This document shows positions 58,382-63,870 of a DNA stretch of 63,870 nucleotides, piece by piece. A model generated the notes under the pieces. The model did not search any database, was not told the DNA's origin, and was given only the letters and a program-made list of their open reading frames with translations. Source of the DNA: Oculatellaceae cyanobacterium bins.114 (lineage in GTDB: Bacteria > Cyanobacteriota > Cyanobacteriia > Elainellales > Elainellaceae). Where the stretch lies: assembly GCA_033764315.1 (NCBI GenBank), contig JANRJA010000067.1, positions 1 through 63,870 on the forward strand. The letters are read 5' to 3'. Position numbers and translations under genes: made by a program. Each line of letters starts with the position of its first letter. Position 1 is the stretch's first letter.

Positions 58382-58649
58382 TTCGATAGTGCTTCAAATT
58401 ATTTGCTCCTTTCTAGCCCTGCTTCAAGAGGAGAAAAATACCTCGCTCAAGCTTGATTGAGTGGTTGAGGGACTAAACCTGGCAAATGAGTTGACGGCTA
58501 TCGGAACGAAATCTGCGACTTGACAGAGCGATGGTTCGACTAAGTTTCACCAAACGTCTGAACTCACGCTGAAGCCTGGGATTTCAACCGCTATGCGCCT
58601 CCGACCGTCAGGTGCACCCCTCGCTAAAGCTTCCTTTTTGAACGGGGAT

Positions 58650-59468
58650 TTAGGAGGATTGGTGTAAAACCTGGCTTGCCGTTTCTGTTAAAGCTTGCAG
58701 ATGAGCCAGAGTAGGTGCATCAACAGAGCTTTGGTCTTGCAACCAGAGCAAGTATTCGATGTTGCCTGCTGGCCCCAACAACGGTGACCAGGTCAGCCCA
58801 CAATATTGCCAGCCCAGTTCTTGAGCGGCTTGCAGAACTTGAGCGATCGCCCCTGCTTGATCACGAGTGTCACGTACTACGCCTTTCTTGCCAACTTTTT
58901 CTCGTCCCACTTCAAATTGAGGTTTGACGAGTAGCACCCCTTCGTGGGGTGACACCAACAATTGCCGCAAGGCAGGCAAAACTTTGGTGAGGGAGATAAA
59001 CGACACATCAACAACCCCCAAATCGGGACGGGGTTGGTCAGCGGTATACAACTGATCGGGGGTCAAATGCCGAATATTGGTGCGCTCCCGCAAAACCACA
59101 CGCGGGTCTTGTCGCAGTTCCCAGGCGACTTGTCCGTAGCCCACGTCAATACCATAGACGCGATCGGCACCCGCTTGTAGCAGACAGTCAGTAAAGCCAC
59201 CTGTGGAAATGCCCCCATCCAAACAGACTCGTCCTGCAACGGCAATCTGGAATTCTGTCAGGGCTTTTGCCAACTTTTCACCCCCTCTAGAAACAAAGGG
59301 CGATCGCTCTTTGATATGAATCGCAGCGGTGGTCACAATCTCGGTGCCTGGTTTGTCAATCACCTGTTGGTTAACAAACACTTCCCCTGCTCGAATAAGG
59401 CTCTGCGCTTGTTGTCGAGAGGAGCAGAGATTGAGTTCAACCAGGAGGAGATCAAGACGTTGTTTCAA
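58650..59468 (-). CDS. tlyA: TlyA-family rRNA methyltransferase
   Basis: KQRLDLLL S4 domain, FVSRGGEKL, DGGISTGGFTDCLLQ, DVSFISL, LVKPQFE, GNIEYL. Confidence 0.95.
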   Translation of the reverse strand: MKQRLDLLLVELNLCSSRQQAQSLIRAGEVFVNQQVIDKPGTEIVTTAAIHIKERSPFVSRGGEKLAKALTEFQIAVAGRVCLDGGISTGGFTDCLLQAGADRVYGIDVGYGQVAWELRQDPRVVLRERTNIRHLTPDQLYTADQPRPDLGVVDVSFISLTKVLPALRQLLVSPHEGVLLVKPQFEVGREKVGKKGVVRDTRDQAGAIAQVLQAAQELGWQYCGLTWSPLLGPAGNIEYLLWLQDQSSVDAPTLAHLQALTETASQVLHQSS

Positions 59469-59479
59469 GGGTTCAAGCG

Positions 59480-60229
59480 TTAAATAGAATCGGGATCAAT
59501 TCCGGCGGCTCGCAATCGTTCTGCTAGAGCTTGGGCACGGCGACGTTCTTCGTCTAATGCGGCTTCTGCTTGTGTAGCCCGGTGTTGGGCTTGTTGAGCT
59601 TCTTGCTGGGCTTGTTGGGCTTCTTGCTGGGCTTGCTGGGCTTCTTGCTGGGCTTGTTGAGCTTGCTGAGCAATTTCGGTATAAGTTAAAAACTTTGCCC
59701 CATTTGCATGATAAAGCTGCAATTCCTCTTGAGATAGGTCAAACCGGATGTTGAGTCGCGGACTAATCCAGTCTTGCATGGGGTCAATGATATCAAGATA
59801 ACCTTCACGGCGTTGCCACCCTTCTAACTCAACTCTGTCGGGGTCATACACATAATATTCCTCAACCCCGTGGCGATCGTAGAACAATAGTTTCTTCTCC
59901 ATTTCTGTGCGGGTATTGCTCGGTGAGAGAATCTCAAACACAACCTGTGGTGGAATATTGGCTTCTTCCCATTGTTTATAAGAGCCTCTATCTCCCTTAG
60001 GTCTGCCGAATACCACCAGTGTGTCAGGAGCCGTGCAAATCTTGTTATTGCCTTCAATCGGATACCACAGCAAATCTCCTGCCACAAAAACGTTGGCATC
60101 TTTTGCAAACAACCAGTCCAGGTTCTGTTGAATGACCACAATCCAACGGAACTGTTTGGTGTTGTCTGCCATTGGTTTGCCATCACTGTCAGGGTAAATG
60201 ACTGGAGTGGAGGATTGTAGAGAAACCAT
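59480..60229 (-). CDS. Uma2-family endonuclease
   Basis: YPDSDGKPMADNTKQF, APD..VFGRPKG, PQVVFEILSPSN, GVEEYYVYDP; (QQAQQEA)n tail. Confidence 0.93.
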   Translation of the reverse strand: MVSLQSSTPVIYPDSDGKPMADNTKQFRWIVVIQQNLDWLFAKDANVFVAGDLLWYPIEGNNKICTAPDTLVVFGRPKGDRGSYKQWEEANIPPQVVFEILSPSNTRTEMEKKLLFYDRHGVEEYYVYDPDRVELEGWQRREGYLDIIDPMQDWISPRLNIRFDLSQEELQLYHANGAKFLTYTEIAQQAQQAQQEAQQAQQEAQQAQQEAQQAQHRATQAEAALDEERRRAQALAERLRAAGIDPDSI

Positions 60230-60263
60230 TGTTGAACATGAGATGGATGTCCTAAATTTAGCT

Positions 60264-60310
60264 TAACCTGAGTTTGAGATAAGCATTATGGTGGTTAAAA
60301 CCATAGCTAT
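60264..60310. repeat. Truncated family B MITE end
   Basis: TAACCTGAGTTTGAGATAAGCATTATGGTGGTTAAAACCATAGCTAT resembles 47595-47640. Confidence 0.55.
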
Positions 60311-60348
60311 CTATCATTCTGCGTCAGCGAGAATTCAGTAGAAATCAC

Positions 60349-61725
60349 CTAAAGCTTTGACATATGGCTGGGCAGTATCACCGTGAACGTGGTGCCTTGA
60401 TGAGGTTTGCTGTCAAGTGCGATCTGTCCCTGGTGGTTTTCGACAATGACTTTGGCGATCGCCAACCCCAAACCTGAGCCACCGGATGCGTTTTGCGAGG
60501 TGTGAGCACTGGTGTGGGTACGTGCCGGATCGACGCGATAAAAGCGATCGAATAGATAAGGAATGGCTTCTTCCGGAATGCCTATTCCCGTATCTTGGAC
60601 TCGAATTTGAAACTGAGCATGGTTTTGAGTTTTGAGCGGCTCCAAGACAATTTTTACCTGTCCCGCCGCAGGAGTGTATTGAATAGCGTTGCTTACCAGA
60701 TTAGTAAAGAGTCGCGTCAATTGGTCGCGATCGCCCTCAATCATGTAAGCATCAGTGCCCTCCTGGATGGTCAGCCCAAGTTCAATGGACTGATCAATGG
60801 CGATCGCCTGTTGTTCTTCAACGACCTCTTGCAGCAGTTGCTTGAGAGCCACAGCATTAGTTCGCAACGGGGTCATGCCACTGTCTTGGCGTGCTAAAAA
60901 TAGCAGATCATCCACTAGCCGACCCAATCGACGAGTCAACCGCTCCACCACCTTGAGTTGCGTTTGCTGAAATTGTGGGTCGGGGTCACACAGAGCAACT
61001 TGGACATTGGTTTGAATCACCGCAATGGGATTGCGCAACTCGTGAGATGCATCCGCCGTAAACTGCTTTAGCCGTTGATAAGAATCACGCACTGGGGCGA
61101 TCGCCAGTCCTGATAAGCCCCAGCCAATCGCGGCTACTGCTCCAATCGTTAATGCGGTTCCCAGGCTCAAATCGATAATCAACTGACGAATTGGCTTAGT
61201 CACCTCAAACCAGGGATGACTGGCTCGCAGATAACCCAACACCTGCCGCCCTAATTGCACCCGTTGAGTCACTTGACGCAAGATTAAGGCTGAAGAGTCA
61301 AAACTAAAAGCAGCATCGGTCAGCGATCGATTTTGCACATCCTGCGCTTGCTCTAAAAGGGTAATGTGTACTGTCTCACCATTACTGATATGTAGTGGCA
61401 GATTGAGGGGTTGAGAAAAGGTAGACCACAATAGCTCACCATTGGGGCTAAACCACTCCAGATCAATATGGTCATCTTCAACCGAGTCAACATTATTGCT
61501 AAAACTAGCTTCTAGATTGACACGAGGAGATATTCCTGATTCTACAGAAGATTCAATCACGAGCGATCGCTGTACTACTTCCACCACATGATTTAAGGTG
61601 TCGTCGATCCGCTCAATTAATGTGCTACGAACATAGAGATAAAAGCCACTGGCAAATAACAGCAATAACACGGCTGTGACAGTTGTATACCAGAGAGCTA
61701 ATCGCCGACGAGTCGCTTGAAACAT
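60349..61725 (-). CDS. Membrane sensor histidine kinase (possibly ManS/Hik27-like)
   Basis: Two TMs, FTADASHELRNP H-box, NLVSNAIQYT, DTGIGI, FDRFYR, GSGLGLAI. Confidence 0.93.
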   Translation of the reverse strand: MFQATRRRLALWYTTVTAVLLLLFASGFYLYVRSTLIERIDDTLNHVVEVVQRSLVIESSVESGISPRVNLEASFSNNVDSVEDDHIDLEWFSPNGELLWSTFSQPLNLPLHISNGETVHITLLEQAQDVQNRSLTDAAFSFDSSALILRQVTQRVQLGRQVLGYLRASHPWFEVTKPIRQLIIDLSLGTALTIGAVAAIGWGLSGLAIAPVRDSYQRLKQFTADASHELRNPIAVIQTNVQVALCDPDPQFQQTQLKVVERLTRRLGRLVDDLLFLARQDSGMTPLRTNAVALKQLLQEVVEEQQAIAIDQSIELGLTIQEGTDAYMIEGDRDQLTRLFTNLVSNAIQYTPAAGQVKIVLEPLKTQNHAQFQIRVQDTGIGIPEEAIPYLFDRFYRVDPARTHTSAHTSQNASGGSGLGLAIAKVIVENHQGQIALDSKPHQGTTFTVILPSHMSKL

Positions 61726-61833
61726 GGGGAAAAAGAAAAAAGAAAAAAAGAAGAAAGAAAATTTCGTAGGGTGCTGTTAGCGACAGCGTAACGCACCCTG
61801 AAAAATAAAGAAGAGAAAAAAGGATAAACGTGA

Positions 61834-62040
61834 TCACTCAACGTTTACATTAGAGATACCGACCAGCACAGCATCCTCTCCATCCATCTGATAAACGTGC
61901 TTCTCGATCACCGCTCGGTAATGGGGCAAAAGCTGAGGATTGAGCGTTTCAGCCAAAATGCCAATCAACAAGTGATGAACTTCTGTCCAAAGTTCGGGAT
62001 TTTCTAGATAGGGGTTCATTCCCAGAGAGAAAGAAGGCAT
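61834..62040 (-). pseudogene. Truncated DUF4058-family gene
   Basis: MPSFSLGMNPYLENPELWTEVH matches the DUF4058 N-terminus but stops after 68 aa, before a T-rich (minus-strand) tract. Confidence 0.65.
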
Positions 62041-62233
62041 CTCGTCACCTCGCACTGAGTTATCTCAATTTTAGGTGTAAGGAGCGATCGGACTTGGGTT
62101 CCACGCAAATCTAGAGCGTTTAGCCGCAAGATGGTTTTTAAAGCACCCACTTAATCCAGCACCGATGATGAAATGGTAGAGCAAATCCATAGCAAAAGTA
62201 TTGCGGAAAATACCTCTGCACTCTTCATTCTTG

Positions 62234-63532
62234 TTAACAGGAGATGGGAAGATGAACGTTCACAGTAGTACCTGAATCAGAGGATGTGATTTCCAGTTCT
62301 CCACCATGAGCTACAATAATTCGCTTTGAAATGGCTAACCCCAACCCCGTCCCAGATGGTTTTGTAGAGCAAAACGGCTTTGTGAGTTGAGGCAATAACT
62401 CCGGTGGAATTGGAGTGCCGCCATTATGGATACTAATACAAATCCAATTAGCTCTGACGCCATGTTTGATAGAACATTTGATCTTTTCTAAAGGAGCCGT
62501 TTTTTTGGAGGAGTGGCTATCTTGCATGGCTTCAAAAGCATTTCGGAACAAATTAAAAAGAACTTGTTTTAGCTTATCGCCATCGGCCATCACCTCAATA
62601 TCTGGGCACTCTTTCACATCATCGATGGGATATTTAACAGCTTCAGGAAGATCCTGAATTTGCATTAATACATCATCTAAGAATGCCTTGATGTTTAGTG
62701 TTGAAAGTTTCAATACCTGAGGCTTCGCATAGCACAAAATTTCTTGCAAGAGCCGATTGAGACGATGAGATTCACTTAAGGCAAGGGTTAAACGTTGCTT
62801 GTCAGCGTCAGAGGGCAACACCTTTTGAGCATATCTCAATCCCAATTCAATCGTTGTCAGCGGATTGCGCACTTCATGTACAATCATGGTTGTAAATTCG
62901 CCGATCGCAGCTAATCGTTCACGCTCAATCAGTTTTTCTTGAGACTGTTTTAGATCAATTGAACAAGCTGCAACGGCTTGAGATAGCCTTTCATTAAATT
63001 GCAGTTGCTCCTGATAGAGCTGGTAATTTTCAATGGTGATCGCAGCTCTTTCAGCAAATGATTCAACCATTTTAATTTCAGATTCCGCGATCGCACGAGG
63101 GGTTCTCAAAAAGGAACAAATTGTACCAATTACCGTTCGATCGGTTGTTCTTAAAGGAATGCCCAAATAGCCACGATATTCTTGGGACAACTGATTTCGT
63201 CGCACATCTTGATGGCTATCTTCAATAATGAGCGATCGCCCAGATTGCACCACCTCATTAACAAGTGTTCCATGAAGAGAGAATTCAGCGTTATCCCAGT
63301 CAATCTCAACACTGCTAGCAATCACCTGTCCTGTCTCTCCCTCATACACAGTGATAATGGTCCAATCTGACTGAATCAATTGACTGACACTTAACACAAG
63401 CTCAGTTAAATAGGCTCCTAAATTACCCGAACGATAGCTCAGGGTTGTTAAACGCTCTAACACGAGTTGGTTGTTTCCAAAGGGTAGTGGATCTGGGGAA
63501 AGTGGAGACAAATAAGACTGGCCAAACATCAT
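62234..63532 (-). CDS. GAF-domain sensor histidine kinase (cytoplasmic)
   Basis: GAF (YLGIPLRT..IGTICSF..FAERAA), MIVHEVRNPLTT, NLFRNAFEA, TKPSGTGLGLAI; start uncertain. Confidence 0.92.
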   Translation of the reverse strand: MMFGQSYLSPLSPDPLPFGNNQLVLERLTTLSYRSGNLGAYLTELVLSVSQLIQSDWTIITVYEGETGQVIASSVEIDWDNAEFSLHGTLVNEVVQSGRSLIIEDSHQDVRRNQLSQEYRGYLGIPLRTTDRTVIGTICSFLRTPRAIAESEIKMVESFAERAAITIENYQLYQEQLQFNERLSQAVAACSIDLKQSQEKLIERERLAAIGEFTTMIVHEVRNPLTTIELGLRYAQKVLPSDADKQRLTLALSESHRLNRLLQEILCYAKPQVLKLSTLNIKAFLDDVLMQIQDLPEAVKYPIDDVKECPDIEVMADGDKLKQVLFNLFRNAFEAMQDSHSSKKTAPLEKIKCSIKHGVRANWICISIHNGGTPIPPELLPQLTKPFCSTKPSGTGLGLAISKRIIVAHGGELEITSSDSGTTVNVHLPISC

Positions 63533-63609
63533 CAATGACCTCGATTTAAGCCCAATCAATTGCTTTGTTTTAATCAATTGCTTTGTTTGAAAGGTGCAGT
63601 TTTCATCGT

Positions 63610-63870
63610 TATAGCAAGCAACTATCGAGATAGTTGAGACAAAAGATGTGAAAGCTTTGCCTCAGACTGGCGTTCAAACGGAGTGCTCAAGCCACAGGAG
63701 ATAGCACCCCTATCCCCCGTCTAACTAACCTTTTAGTTGCCATAGCCGTCCTAAATTATTTGTGAGATTAGGAGGTTGTGAGAGTCGCCCCCCCGTGGGG
63801 GGCGACACACAAAACCCCATTGGGGTTGCGAAATATGTGTTCGGGTTTGTCAAAAAAAAAACCACAGTAA
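63610..63870. repeat. Cluster of MITE/REP-like elements
   Basis: 63610-63745 related to 11778-11866; 63743-63773 related to 20898-20928; GTCGCCCCCCCGTGGGGGGCGAC hairpin. Confidence 0.6.

Overview
Chromosomal window from a cyanobacterium, probably filamentous (Leptolyngbya/Oculatella-like). This rests on the very frequent HIP1 octamer GCGATCGC, psaK, a helical carotenoid protein, DevBCA, ycf36, pentapeptide-repeat genes and heptamer STRR repeats. Most of it is housekeeping or signalling: a MocR locus, two Ser/Thr kinases, potD, ilvD, devBCCA-tetR, yqeK-rsfS-ycf36-asparaginase-tRNA-fMet, a prk paralog, cobO, ggt, lipA, ppiC-HlyB, tlyA and two His kinases. An IS66 end sits at the left edge and small REP/MITE-type repeats are scattered throughout. 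The most striking part is an accessory block at about 32.4-40.4 kb. It opens with an overlapping gene pair, TIR-AAA_35 plus AAA_35-transmembrane-coiled coil-14xWD40. The WD40 units are near-identical except at a few hypervariable positions, suggesting a split, membrane-spanning NLR/Toll-like sensor-executor. The pair is followed by three different toxin-antitoxin modules laid out like cassettes, separated by 26-nt hairpin repeats inserted into HIP1 sites and bracketed by direct copies of a palindromic REP. An inverted copy of that REP is translated in-frame inside the TIR protein. No CRISPR array or rRNA was seen. All family assignments come from recognising motifs by eye, not from database searches.
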